Assembly: GCF_000315625.1 (NCBI RefSeq)
Contig: NW_005434625.1
Coordinates: 203,726 to 267,725, forward strand
Length of the DNA stretch: 64,000 nt
Direction: 5' to 3'
Origin: Guillardia theta CCMP2712
Lineage: Eukaryota; Protista; Cryptophyta
In this document: positions 47,437-60,490 of the stretch, one piece after another
Position numbering within the stretch: the stretch's first letter is position 1
Layout of the letters: every line of letters starts with the position of its first letter
Position numbers and translations under genes: made by a program
The notes under the pieces: model-generated
The model's input: the letters and a program-made list of their open reading frames with translations, nothing else
What the model was told of the DNA's origin: nothing
The model's database searches: none

Positions 47437-49051
47437 GCAAGGGAGGATGACGAGGGCTGCTCTGAGGGGGGGTCAGAGAATTGGCCGTCGGATTGACAGC
47501 AGGAGCAGATCTCTCACGAGAATCGCTGTGTCAAACTTCGAGGGTCAGCGGCTCGACGAGGTGCTGGGACCGCTACTCCCCCTCCTTCCCCTCCTCCTCC
47601 TTCCCCTCCTCCCCCTTCCCCTCCCCCCCCTTCCCCTCCTCCCCCTTCCCCTCCTCCCCCTTCCCCTCCTCCTCCTTCCCCTCCTCCTCCTTCCCCTTCT
47701 GACTCGCGCGCAGGTGCTGGCTCACTTGTCAGCGCTTCCTGTTGCCCTCAAGCAGCACTGAGAGGGGAACGAAACCCTGTGGAGCTGGAGGTGGAGGCGG
47801 GAAGGGCGTCTGGGATGGGCGGGTGACGGGGCAACAGGTGGTTTTTGAAACCTTCGACGTGAAGAGAAGCAGGAGCACGTTTTGGTACGACACGATCGAC
47901 AGGTGAGGAGGACGAAGCTGCTACACTTGTTGTCGTCATATCGAGAGCTTCTTTTGATAATGTTGAAGAAGAAGACGATGACGACAACGATTGATGAGTG
48001 GTGATGATGGTGATGGTGATGGTGATGGTGATGGTGATGGTGATGACGATGACAGTGCTGGCGGTAGTGGTGGTGATGCTTCTTTTCAGCATCATGGGAG
48101 CAAACAACATGCCTGTCACGCTTCTCACTTCATTGTCGGTCAGAGCGTCTCTCTTGTTTGCATCCAAGGTTGTTCTTCTGACGAGTTTATACAGTGCTCC
48201 ATCAAAGACCTGCTGCAGGAAGAGGATGCGAGCAGGGGGTGAAGTCTTGGACGTTCTCCTCCACCTCCACCTCCACCTCCTCCTCTTCCTCCTACTCCTA
48301 CTCCTCCTCTCTGCCTCCTCTTCCTCCTCTTCCTCCTCGTCCTCTTCTGCCGCCCACAATGTCTTCCTGCTCATACCTGATCCCCCAGACAAATATGGGA
48401 TCGGATGGAAACTTCAATCTCAGGGCTTGCTAATGTAATTCTTCCGCTCCCCTCCCCCCTCCTCCTCACCCTTCCTCTCAGGTCATCTCCGAGTGCGAAA
48501 AGCTCAAGTGTACTCCCATCCCTCTTTCCTACAGCCGCCATACTTCCAGGTGCCTCCTCTCAACGATGACAACCCTTCTCTTCCTCGCCTTCGTCCTTCG
48601 TCCTTTCCCCTCCTCCTCCACCATCTGCTCCTCCGCCTCCAGCACCACTTCCTATTCCTCTTCTTGTTCCCTTCATCCTCCTCTCCTCCTTCCGCCTGCC
48701 TTCTCTCTGACATGCTTGCAGGTTTTTCACGCTCTTCTCCCTCACCCTCCCTTTTGCTCTCGTGGAGACAACAACTCCTTTCCTCGTCACCCCGATTGTC
48801 GTGAGTATCTACTGTCTCTCCTTTACACCTTCCTCTCCTCTCCTCTCCTCTCCTCTCCTCTCCTCTCCTCTCCTCTCCTCTCCTCTCAAGCTGATACGTG
48901 CCTGGCAGGCGGGAGTGTCGTGGATTTTGTTCTCGGTGGAGGAGATCGGGCATGTGATTGAAGAGCCTTTCGGTGACTAGAGCTGAGGCCCTTGGAGTTG
49001 ATGACATGAAGTTGAGGGAACGGTCTTGCGCAAGAGACGCTTGCTACGGCG
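46074..49051 (+). CDS. Bestrophin-like (UPF0187/RFP-TM, VCCN1/BST-type) anion channel, possibly plastid-targeted; 3' end runs into a gap
   Basis: Spliced motifs WVSDIMTTGRSRVLSK|ISGRL, LLVFRTDQ|AYDRFWEGRQQW, ALKQHLRG, CEKLKCTPIPLSYSRHTSR, LTLPFAL and VEEIGHVIEEPFG. Possible signal peptide ending AVA-W. Confidence 0.85.
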
Positions 49052-49151
49052 NNNNNNNNNNNNNNNNNNNNNNNNNNNNNNNNNNNNNNNNNNNNNNNNN
49101 NNNNNNNNNNNNNNNNNNNNNNNNNNNNNNNNNNNNNNNNNNNNNNNNNNN
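49052..49151. other. Assembly gap (100 N, true size unknown)
   Basis: N run. Confidence 0.95.
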
Positions 49152-50059
49152 GGGAGGAGGGAGGAGGGAGGAGGGAGGAGGAGGGAGGAGGGAGGAGGGA
49201 GGAGGGAGGGGAGGAGGGAGGAGGGAGAGCACAATCGATTCACCGTGTATATATGACAGAGGGAAAGAACTTTCGATAGCGACGAAGGCGCGTGATGGAC
49301 AGAGCTGCAAGAGAAGAAGCTCAACAACAGAAATCAGAACAACGAACAATACTTGTCGATGACTGCAATGTTGGGAAAGAAGGAATCTTTCGTCAATGCT
49401 TTCTTGATGTACCTACGTTGCCATCACTGCCGTCCTAGCAGGTGCAGGTGCGGAGATGAAGAATTTGAGGCGGCGGCTGTGGATGAGGAGGAAGACAGAG
49501 AAAAATGTTGGAGATCGCATGAAAGAGGGAGAAAGGGAGAAGATCGAGGGAGGGCAAGGAAGAAGCGGGAAAGAGAGAAGCAGGAGCAAGTGGTGGTGGA
49601 GTAGGAGTAGGAGGTGGCTGTGGAGGAGGTGGAAGAGGAGAAATGGGAGTTATTCATCTCACATGTAGAAAGCGGCAGTGATCGCAACCGAGGAGAAGCG
49701 CAAGAACGCTCGGCACCTCGAGACTAAATGGGCAGGTACTGTAGCTTCAAATAGGAAGAAGAACGCCTGGAGGCGGGGGGGTCAGGGAGAGTTGGAGGGA
49801 GAAAGGAGGGGTGTACCATCATCGTCAGCCCGCTCTCTTTGCTCAAGATGGCTAGCTGCACGTTGAAATGAAGTGAGACGTGAAGGAGAGAAGGTAAGGA
49901 GGGAAGCGTTGGGATGGGAGGATGAGGGGAGAGGAATGGGATGATGAGAGAGGGGAGGTGCGGAAGGAGGAAGACGAGGAGGAGGAGGAGGAGGAGGAGG
50001 AGGAGGAGGAGGAGGAGGAGGAGGAGGAGGGTGTGTGGGTGGGTGTTTGTGTGCTTGCA

Positions 50060-51420
50060 GAGGAGGGGATGGAAGAAGACGAGGGAGAAGAGCAAGTTGA
50101 ACCTGAGCGTGTTCAGCATTCTAACCCTGATGCCTCGAACAGAGCGGTGTTTGATTTCTTCGATCTCGACAAGTCTGGCAGCATTGACAAGACCGGTAGG
50201 AGCACCACCATATTGCTCATCTGGTTACTAACGGCATGTTTAGAATTCTTTCTTGCTATGCAGGTTGTTTTCCTACCCTTATTCTTTTGGCTACTCTTAC
50301 TCCTTCTCCTTCTCCTTCTGATTATCGTCACATTACCTCCATCACTCTCACATTGGCATCAACGTCATCTCACTTTCCTTTCCTCACCATTGTCGTTTCC
50401 ACTCACTCCGTTGCTTCTCCTCCTCAACCTCCGATCGCTCCCCCCCCCTTCCTTGTGATTTCTCACATCCTCTCACTCTCCTCGAGAAACTTGGGGTTGC
50501 GATGCCGGCGAGCGAGGTCAACGACGTCGTCTCCAAGTTCGACACCAACGGGAATGAGGTAAAGGAGAGACAATTCAAGCACACAGAGACAACCAAGAGG
50601 GCAGCAACAGGAGGGAGGAGGAGGAAGCGGTGGCGGTGGCGGCGGCAGAGGTGGTGGTGGTGGTGGCGGTGATGATGGAGGAGGAGGAACGGGGACGAAG
50701 AGACAAGGAAAGAAGGCAGGCTAGGCTGTGAGGAGGAGGATGGGGCCTCTGCTGACGATGCAACAGTTAGTTGAGTTTGAAGAGTTCAAGGCTCTGCTCA
50801 CTTACTATGCGGAGAGAAGGTGAGATTCATTCTGTCTCCTCCTGTCCCCACCTGCTCTCCTCATCTCCATTCATTTGAACTTCACTTGCTGTTCTATTGA
50901 GTGCACAGTTGCACAAATGCCCTTTCCTCATTTCTTCTCCACTAACTTCTTGCTTCCTCTGCAGACGGCTCTCCGCTAATGGAGACGGGGACGACAAGGA
51001 CGAGCTAGATGTGATGCTTCTCGTCCTCCTTCACCCATCTCTCCCCTTCCCGCTCCTCCACTTCCTCCGCTTCCCGTTTCCTCTCCCGCTTCCTCTCCCT
51101 CGTTTCTTCTCTCCGTCACCCCCATCGCTTGCAGATCTCTGGCAGTTTCGCCAATGCCCTAGGAAGCATTCTCGTCGATGGAATCAAGGGCTTCTATATG
51201 GTTGTCGGTAAGAGGAGGAAGAGCAGGATGAGCAGGATGAGCAGGAGCAGGAGCAGGAGCAGGGAGGGGAGAAAAGGGGGGGAGGGGAGAAGGGGAGAAA
51301 GAGCAACAGCAGCAGCAGAGGAGGAGGAGGATCAGCAACCCGAACTGACTGATGCAGGGATGATCTTCGGGATCAACAGCAGCTCATCGGGCGTAAGGCA
51401 GCTCGAGGTAGACGCGCACA
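50060..51420 (+). CDS. EF-hand (calmodulin-like pair) exons; gene boundaries uncertain
   Basis: AVFDFFDLDKSGSIDKT|E and EVNDVVSKFDTNGNE|LVEFEEFKALL, separated by microsatellite-rich introns. Confidence 0.7.
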
Positions 51421-51890
51421 CACTGCCCTGGCTCCTCCTCCTCTCCCTCCTCTTCCTCGCTGCCATCTCTCGCCCCCCCCTCACCTCCCGGCCAGGTCCT
51501 CCCCCTTGCTCGCTACTGCCGTGCCATCCAGAAGGTAAGTCGGTGTAACTCATCAGTACGAGGAGAGGGGGGGAGTAATCTTTGACTGGTGGGAGCAGGA
51601 CATTCTGCAACAAGCTGTCTTCGTTGCCGCAGGTTTCTTGACCTCGGGGGACGTTAAGGGCCCTGTAACACCCGGCAGGTTCCAGCAGGAAGCGATATAT
51701 GACCATGGCGCGAGAGGTAGCTGGCGCTGTTGTGTGTTCGTCAAGTGACCAGTAGGGCAGCTCGGGAGAGCGGGGGGACGACAAGGGCTGCAAGATGAGA
51801 TCATGCAGTGAAGAGCTTCGTCATTTGTAAAGTTCCACGTAACATACACACCCACACTTGTTGTTCAACTTGCACAATCAACAGATGACG

Positions 51891-54526
51891 TTAGAAATGA
51901 CTTGAGAAAGGATCGTCACAAAAGTGCGTGTCGTCCGCCAGAGTCGGCGAGTCGACCAGGGGCGAGGCATGCCATGGCTCCTCACTAGAGTCAACACAGT
52001 GAGGACGCAATACAAGGGGTCGATGACGTTCAAACCTCTTCGTGCTGCATATCGAGCTCTCCATCCTGCAGAGCTGATGTCAGCAGTTGTACGAGATGGG
52101 TTTGAACTTCACCTCTGCAGAGCAGCCTTGAGCGGAGCAATCTTCCTCCGCAGGAGTTCCGAGAACTTGAAGAGGTTGTTCACTCCCTGGGTGAGAAGAT
52201 CAAAAGCGAAGAGGCAACGAGGAGAGACGACTTGTTCGCTCTTCGTCCAGGACTCAAAGCATTCGTTAAACAGACAGTCTCTGTTCGAATCCGACAGAAG
52301 CTCCTCTCCCGTTCTCATGTCTCCTATCTCAGACAGGAAAGGACGGCAGATCTCCGGTTTTTCCCTGCCCAACAAGAGTGACCCATCGCAAGGCCCTTCC
52401 TTACGTGACACACCTGAGCGCCTTGTTGTACTCTGAGACATCAACGTTCTCCATAAAGTGGGAAGTCTTAACGAGCCTAAAAGTCTTTCCATCAGCGCAG
52501 ACATAGCAACGAAATAGAACCACTCTAGCTCACCTTCCAAAACTATCTAGCTCACGGCTGGTCGTCATTCGAACAATAAGAGGCTCAACGAACTTTCCAG
52601 TCTGCGGCGCAAGTCATGCGAGCCACACAGCTGAGAGCAGGTCGAATCACCTTCGGACAGCAGCGAACCAACCGATGATAACGATGCTTTGCTACCCCAT
52701 CAGTACGGAACAATTCGACTGCGCCTCGAGTCAGCAGACAGCAAGATATCGCGAGTGAACGCACTGAGGATTGCCCCCATGAACTCGATCTCCGAGTTGG
52801 GCAGCTGCGAAACGAATCAGTCCCGCCATGGCGCAATGAAATCTCAGCTCACGTAATGGTCACTGTGACCAACGCGCGCCATGACCTCCTCAGGATGCAT
52901 ACTAAGAAATCCTGCAAGCCCTTGGCTGACCTTCAAATTGAACGTTTCATGTCAGAGTCCAATCGACTGGGAAACATCTTTGTCTGCGAGCTATCAAATA
53001 CACAACTCATCCAACATTATGATGGGGTAGGTTGGAATCAGAAGGAGAGAGACTTCTAAAACAGGGACCAGTCGATCGCAATCTCACAACGCCAGAGACG
53101 GAGTGGAAAATAGACTCGAAGAAAGAAAGCCGGTAAAGTTGAGTTTGAGGTAGAAAACGGACCAGGAACAAGACAAGAAAAATGTTGAGGTCAAAACAGA
53201 CAGAAAGATGTAAAACCTGTACAGATTTTCTTCGCTGTGTGCTGGGCTCCCATTCATATGCATAATATCCAATATAGGTGCCGTCTTGACGGCTGATAAA
53301 GTCTGTGAAGTGTCAAAACACCAGCGTTGAGTTCATAATAGAGCAAACAACCAGGAACTTCATCGTCAGTCATCTGAATGATTGACGGTTCACTGTCCAT
53401 GTCCACTGGAACTGCCTCGGCGCATCCACCTTCAATATTCCTCCTATCGAACGAGTATAATGTCAATTTGGTGTCCAGCCAAGCTGCTAGTTCATACAAT
53501 TGTCGAAGTCGTTCTAAGGTGAAAAGTCCATCATCTAGAGCTTGCCTTATACAGTAGGGTAGTTTGTTGAATAACCGGGTTAGACTGCATTATCATTCTC
53601 AATCAGCTCAGGTCGTAGAACAGGCAATGCTTAAAAACAAACCTTGAGATATTATACCCAGTTTCCCAGACTCGTCGGAACACTACATGTTGGAGTTTGA
53701 GGGATTCACGCATGCGAAACTTGAAAACAAAATTGGTTATCACACAACAAATTTTGAATGACGAGGAATACCTGGCTCGTATCGGGGAATACAATTTTGA
53801 GCGGGGAATGTAGCGGTCGATCAACTGCGTTAAAGATAGGAGATATATCTGCTTGGTTCGAAGGCATCATGGCAAAAGTATTTTCATCGACTGAGTGCTC
53901 GGATGAAGGAGTGTCAGGTCCTTTTGCCTCGGCGACCGCGGGAGTTCGAATCTCTGCTGTACAGCAATCATCCCCCCTCGATCTCTTCAAACATTGATCG
54001 CCTGGACACGTTTAGATGCAAATGAAGTCAAGGTAATATTGGATTTCGTACATGGACGCTGCTTGTTGCATTTGAGCTTCTTTTGTTTGCAGTAAAGACA
54101 CGAGCCCTAGAAGTCATTCAGCCTTTCGATCTTCTGAACCAATATGCAATAACCTGGTTCTCATCTTCTTTACAGAGCTCTGGACAGCCTCGCTTGAAAC
54201 AAGCCTGATCATCAAATATAGTAAATAATCGTTGTAGTCAGAGACTGCAAAAGAATGCCATGAGCTCACCGTGCAAGGCTTCAGGAGATCGCATTTAACT
54301 TTGCTAGATCGACACTGAAGGCAGGCTTTCATCCTGGCATATACGATCACCATACTTGCATACATTCGTGATGTACCAACCGGCGCGGTCTTGATGAAGA
54401 CCGAATGTCGGTTGAAGCATCGTTAGAAGATTGAATGAAATGCGGATCGTCAATGCTGATGTCCAAATTCTCCCCAAAGTCGAATGCGTCAGCTAAACTG
54501 GGAAAGCTTGCCAGAGCAAGACTCAT
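51891..54526 (-). CDS. Transcription factor with two tandem Zn(II)2Cys6 clusters; linkage of the 3' exons is tentative
   Basis: ATG at 54526. Spliced exons give RMKACLQCRSSKVKCDLLKPCT|ACFKRGCPELCKEDENQ|GSCLYCKQKKLKCNKQRPC|DQCLKRSRGDDC. Confidence 0.75.
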
Positions 54527-55779
54527 TGGAGAGAAACCAAGAATATCTGTGTGAAGGGCAGAAATTCAATTCTTCTTCAGCGGTGGCTTCAAGATTGACC
54601 CAGACGTAATGCTTTCCCGCACAGATTGTGAAACCTAAACTTATGTTCAGCTGGAGAAAAAAGAAAATTGTGACGAAATCGAGTAATCGAACTCAGTGCA
54701 TCCAAAGAACATCAAGAACCAGCTGCTCCTTCGTGTCTAATTGGACCTGGTTGGCGGAAGCTTACTGTCTAGGATTGACTGCAAAGAAACTTTGCTGATT
54801 AATATTCTATCGCTCCTGCAAAATCCTTGAACACCCAATCTCCCATGCGTAACCCCCGTTAAATCCTATCTACACTCGTTTCCCAAATAAATTTCTGATG
54901 CTCGCATTCACAGCCTCTGCTTGCTTGCCGGCATGAGAACCGATGAGCAGTCATTGTCTACTCTCCTGCTCATGACACCGCTCATGTTATCGGACCACCC
55001 ACCCACCCACCCACCCACCCCTAGGAGTTTCGACATTCCTCGTTTCAGGAGCACCACCCCCTTTCCCCCAAAGGAACACTACCACCTTCTCATTTAAAAA
55101 AGTTATAAACGAAAGGTTTTTCCGGCGCCACTACCCCCCGGGGGTAGATACGGTTGAGACTCCTGTACCCCTGCCTCCTTCCAACTTTCCGCGGCTCTGC
55201 GCTAGAAGTAGTGGGAGACCTTATCAAAAATTACTGGGGATGACATATGGAAATGCGGACCCTTACCCCTGACCCCTCCATAGGTTGTTTTCTACGACAT
55301 CAGCCCCTTTACTACGCAACGAAGGTCCTTTACTACCTCTACCACCCCACCTCCCCTGTCAAGGTTTATCTTCGTCCACCAGCGATACTGGAAAGGGTTA
55401 AGTTATATATATAAATGCAAGAGGTTTGCTTGCGGTGCACAGTGGGGGTAGTGCATTTTGGGAGGCCAAGGAATACAGGAGAGCATAGGAGAGAAAATAT
55501 ATATGTATGACTATAAGTAAATAGTTGCAGGCTCATTACTCGTGCGGATACACTGCGGGTCTCCAGGATTTACGATACAATAGGAGGTCAGTGGGGGGTA
55601 GAGAGCTGAAAGGGTAGTAAACAATCCGGCAATAAAAACAAAAAAAAAAAAAAAAAGGATTGGTATTCAGCTACAATATTATAATTTACTTAGTTTACTA
55701 AAAAGTTAAAGCCAGGGCATGTCCCGACTTCTATTAAAATTATAATTGTTTTTTCCCTCCATCACTTTCCCTTTCAAAC

Positions 55780-56420
55780 CCGGCGCCGCAGTCACGGCCG
55801 CCGGGCAGGGCCCGGCCCGCCGCCTGGCAGGGGCCCGGCCGACTGAGGCTTCCGAAGTTCCAGGCCGGGGGCGAATCCGAGCCCTCCGAACTGCGCAGTG
55901 CTTCCCGGGTCACGGGTTCCTCCGATGCGCCGGGCCGGCGGCCGGGGCTTCCGGGTCCGACGATTCGGTCACCGGGTACGACGCCGCCGCCTGGCGCCGC
56001 TCGCCGGACTCTCATGGCGGGGGCCGGCAGTCCGGTCTGACGGAGCCAGGCGTGACCGTAGTGCAGTGCCCGCTGCTCGCCGGATGACTCAGTGATGTGC
56101 CGCTCAGGCAGCCTCGCCGGATGGCCGGCCCGCCCGGCCGGGGCGCGGCTCAGCCTCGGATGGCAGTCACGCCGGGTCTCAGAGGCTTCACGGCAGTGCG
56201 ATCCAAACTTGAATGGCAGGCTGGCGAATGGGATTCAATTTGATTGTTCGGAGTTCCTAAGGCTCAAGTTCAGTTTGCGCACTGCCCGGCGTGGCACTGA
56301 GGCAGTCACCGTGGCAGTGGCATGATGCCGCACCCGGTGACCGATAGCCCCGGCGGCACGGTCCGGTCGTCACACCTACCACTGTCACACCATCGCGTCC
56401 GGAGGCGTTCCGAATAAACT
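55780..56420. other. GC-rich palindrome-word intergenic island
   Basis: Same vocabulary; preceded by an AT-rich tract and an A-run at ~55633-55656. Confidence 0.7.
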
Positions 56421-57444
56421 TCCGAAGTATGAGGCACTCACCGTCTAGGCTTCGGATCGTACTGAAACAGTGAAAAAGACACAGTGCTGCCGCACCATTA
56501 TTCACAAACAATTTGGATGAGGCGCTAGGGCGTCACCGTCGGTATCCCCCCGGTGACTGAACTCTTACTAATTAGCCTAGATTTTCATCATCCCCTCCTG
56601 GGCTCGAAGTTCTATCATGTGCACATACATTGAACTTATGGCTTGAAAGTTTGGGATTTTGCCTCTGAGCCAACCGTTTATGTGATTTCGTACTGCAGGC
56701 TGGCCAACTTGCTTGGCAACCGGGGGGCCACGGCTACGGCCTGTCAAGCCACCAGTCGGGTCATGTTTGACGAGTCAGCAAGTTCCCGGATTCTTGAGTT
56801 TGAGTGTTGTCGAATATGTATATTGCCTCAGCATAGTGGGAAACCATAGTGACCGGTAAGCGGCGGTATTGTAGTAGTTCTCTGAATAGGCTCCTGACCA
56901 CTGAGAGTGGCGCCATGGGCCGATGACTCTCTGTTAGGCGCTTCGAAGACCGCTTCGAAGACACTGCCGCTAATCACCGATCCAAGTGAATCTCTTGGAA
57001 TTTTACTGTCTAATAGGTTACAGCGAGCAACCATCACCCATCATATGAAAACATGAAAACGCAACTGGAATGTATGGTGGTCAATCCATTTTCTCAACAC
57101 AAGAAATTACACGATGTCTCTTTCATGTTATGAACATCAGGGTCAGTCTGGGGTCCGGTGGTAAGGCAACAACTGCAGACAAGAACAGCAATCCATTTGC
57201 TCAGAGTCCGTATGGGAAAACGTGTCCCACGTTGCATTTCATGTTTCGGAACCCTACAATTGGACAATAACATGATGTTACTCAGAAACCATCGGCACAG
57301 CTGCACTCATGCACATTAAGTAACACAGCGCGCTCATGAGCTGTTCTGTTAGGAGACAAATTAATCAAATATCAAAAGGGAATCGTGAGGAAAGAGAGCT
57401 TGGCAGAATCGAACTGCCCATGAATGCACCAGCAGCCTCAGTTT

Positions 57445-57460
57445 GGTGTTCAAAGACACC
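57445..57460 (-). promoter_or_regulatory. Putative histone 3' stem-loop
   Basis: GGTGTC-TTTG-AACACC lies 30 nt after the H2B stop, with 6-4-6 geometry, a GG start and A/C-rich flanks. The top pair is C.A rather than U-A. Confidence 0.5.
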
Positions 57461-57490
57461 AGTTGGGTCCTTAAATCAGAAAGGACTCGT

Positions 57491-57868
57491 TTACGAAGAG
57501 GAAGTGTACTTGGTCACGGCCTTGGTTCCCTCGGACACAGCGTGCTTGGCGAGCTCACCAGGAAGGATAAGACGCACAGCAGTCTGGATCTCACGAGCAG
57601 ACAAGGTTCCCTTCTTGTTGTACCTCACAAGCTTGCCGGCCTCGTTGGAGATCTTGTCGAAGATGTCCGAGATGAACGAGTTCATGATCGACATGGCCTT
57701 GGTGGAGATACCGGTGTCAGGGTGAACCTGCTTCAACACCTTGTAGATGTAGATGGAGTAGCTCTCGCTCCTCCTCTTCTTCTTCTTCTTCTTATCGCCC
57801 TCAGCCTTGGGCTTCTTCTCCTTCTTGGGCTTCTTCTCCTTCTTGGGTGGCATTCCTCCGAACCCCAT
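57491..57868 (-). CDS. H2B: Histone H2B, intronless
   Basis: [31 protein letters not shown]...[33 protein letters not shown]. Confidence 0.98.
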   Translation of the reverse strand: MGFGGMPPKKEKKPKKEKKPKAEGDKKKKKKRRSESYSIYIYKVLKQVHPDTGISTKAMSIMNSFISDIFDKISNEAGKLVRYNKKGTLSAREIQTAVRLILPGELAKHAVSEGTKAVTKYTSSS

Positions 57869-58389
57869 GGCTCTTGTTGATGAAAAAGATCTCCGCCATT
57901 CCCTCAGTTATATACCCAGCTCCCTGTCTTCCCCTACCCCACCCTTAACGGCAGCTTTCTCACCATGCTAGGAGAGTACCGGTGCTTCATCGTCTATTTG
58001 TGGGGGAAAGACTCAGTGTCGAGTACCCCCAACCCTATGCTAGCAACATGTTGATGAGTTTTTTCGGATCCCCGCCCTGTTGGCTTCCGCCGTGTTGTTT
58101 TCCAGTTTGTGTCTGCGTCTTGTGGGTTCATTGAAAGGAATTATTCTGGAATATCAGCTGTCCCAAATCATTCATAATAAGATGTTCTGAGGCGGATTTA
58201 AAATTCGTAGTGAGTAAATTTGTGGGTGGAAAGGTAAATTTTCAGTGGTGCTGCCCGGGCCTTGGACCTCCCCGGCCCCGATCACCGGGGGTTTAGTTAG
58301 TTCGCTTGATTCAGTTTTCTATATCGGGGAATTCACGACATCATTGCGTAGCGAGAAGGAATGACGTGTGAGGCGGGAAAGAGAGTGGA

Positions 58390-60490
58390 ATGATCCCACT
58401 CACCAGTGAGGACGATACAATACTGCAAGAAGACGTCATCCAAGTTGACATTCAGAGATTGCGCTTATGAATGTTTGTTTCTTCGTGATGGCTGAGCTTT
58501 TTAGATAGCAACGTGCAAATATCTACCAGAGTGTGACGATTTGCGTTTTCAGTCACCAGAATCCATGGTGGGCTCTTCGCAAGATCATGGGATTATGAGG
58601 GTGATTGTATGAGCCCTGGTGTATACTTTTGGGGTGACGCCTCAATGGTTTCAGCGTGCAGCCCTGACCTCGTTGCTGCTTGTTGGAGTTGGTCTGGTCG
58701 CCATGGTTGAATTGAGCGAGACTTTATTTATTCAACTCACTCGTATGGCAGGTTCTCGTAGCCCAAAATGACTCAAAATCAACCCTGCTTACTGTGGTAT
58801 TCCTGCCTGCGTCGTAGAGTTCCCACTGTGACTCGTCGACCCAGATAGGGTCTTGGGCGGCAGATCATTCGTCATCTGCTGGATCCAAACTTCAGGTTGT
58901 GCTGTTGAGTTTCTTGGCTCCGTCTCACAGATACTCAAACGTTGGGCTCAGATCACACACAATCTTCTTTCTGCTGTGGAGGAGCGTAAAGATGAAACTA
59001 GCTTTTACAGCGGTGAAGCCAACAAAGATATTGGGAAATCGAGGTATTCGAGGCGCTTGGTGGAGAGGAGGAACATTTATGTTTGATTCCAGCACAACCA
59101 GGACAAAATCTGTAGCCAGCAATATGTTGAAAGTGGTACACAAAGCACCTTGGTAGCCTTTAGAATGACCCGATCGAAACTTCAGCAACAAAGCACCTTT
59201 TCTTCTGGATCGGCAATGCAGGTGAATCAACTGAAATTTTGGTCTGTCAATTTGATGTGTAATATCTTACGCTAGATGCTACCTCAAGTGAATGTTGCGA
59301 ACCCCAGCCAGGTAAAGATATTATGGGTTTCGTCTTGGCGAGGATGACAAAACCTTGTTGTGCAGTTCATCCAATCAGGGACGAAGTCGGCATCAAAAGG
59401 GTCAAACAGCAAACCTGAGGTTCATCATCGCATCCAATACCAACACAATCACTGATGTTTGCCATGATGATAGTCCAACAGTGATCACTTCTATCATCCG
59501 CAAGCTATCCGCGAAGTCCAAGAAGCAGTCGTGGAACATGAAGGAAGAAAACCAGTGGGCAAGGTTGTCATCAGTTGCCCACATTTCCATGCCTCATGAA
59601 ACTTGAAAAGGTCACCATCGGGTCTTGGGCTGCAGACCACCCAAAGACAACTCAATCGTTGCAGGTTGCTTGTGATTCTGTTCCATCTTGCATTCTCATA
59701 ATTGTGTAGCAAGGGAGGGTTCTCGATCATTTACACAAAGTTGCGGTTGTACAGGCTCTATCAGGTCTGAAACCATTGTGTTTGAATGGTTTTGATTTGG
59801 ATATAACAGCCAAAGCGGTGGTCCCAGAGAACAACATCCAACAGCTAGTGAACAATGCTGGAATGCAACAGGTAGCTTTTACGGACTTGTTGGTCTGTTT
59901 CCTCAGGAGATTGGCAGCCTCGAGTAGTCAAGTCACCTGCGATTGGCTCATGGGCTTTCGATCACTCCAGTAAGCGCTAAGTGGAAGCTGTTTGTGTAGT
60001 TCGAATCCAACACCTTGGGGTCTCCCTTTCAGGCTTGCATCAAGTGGTTGAAGACGCTAAACAAAAGGCTCTGCAGGCTCTCAAGAGTAATTCGGCTTGT
60101 TGCTCGATATGCATTGACTCTGTGAGTGCAGACAAGTTTTATCACACACCAGATGTCAGCGAGATAGCGACAGCCATCGTTTCCCACGACCATACGAAGT
60201 GATAAGCTTCAGTCCGACAGAAAATCCAGAAAAAGACGTCTTTCATCAACATTGCATCCATGAAAGAAATCGATGATTGAAGCTACTCGATGGACGATGT
60301 GAGGCAAAAACTTGTGAAATTGTGTATAAAAAGCTCGTTGTACAAGACAGGAAATCTTATTAGTTGAAAACTTTTTTGGAATGAAGGCGGTTGGGATCAC
60401 ACAACACTACGGCAGTACTACAAGTTTCTCTGCAAGCTATCAAGACTTGGCACCTGCATTAGTGTCCTTCTTTACTCAAAGTCAACTGAG
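58390..60490 (+). CDS. Probable multi-exon hypothetical protein, structure unresolved
   Basis: Short coding-like segments with intron candidates; no motif recognised. Confidence 0.3.

Noticed and set aside
49800-49866. IIVSPLSLL resembling a RecQ helicase motif
   Set aside because: Isolated short match with no other helicase motifs nearby.
55633-55656. Poly(A) tail of a retroelement
   Set aside because: No RT or endonuclease ORF and no target-site duplication identified.
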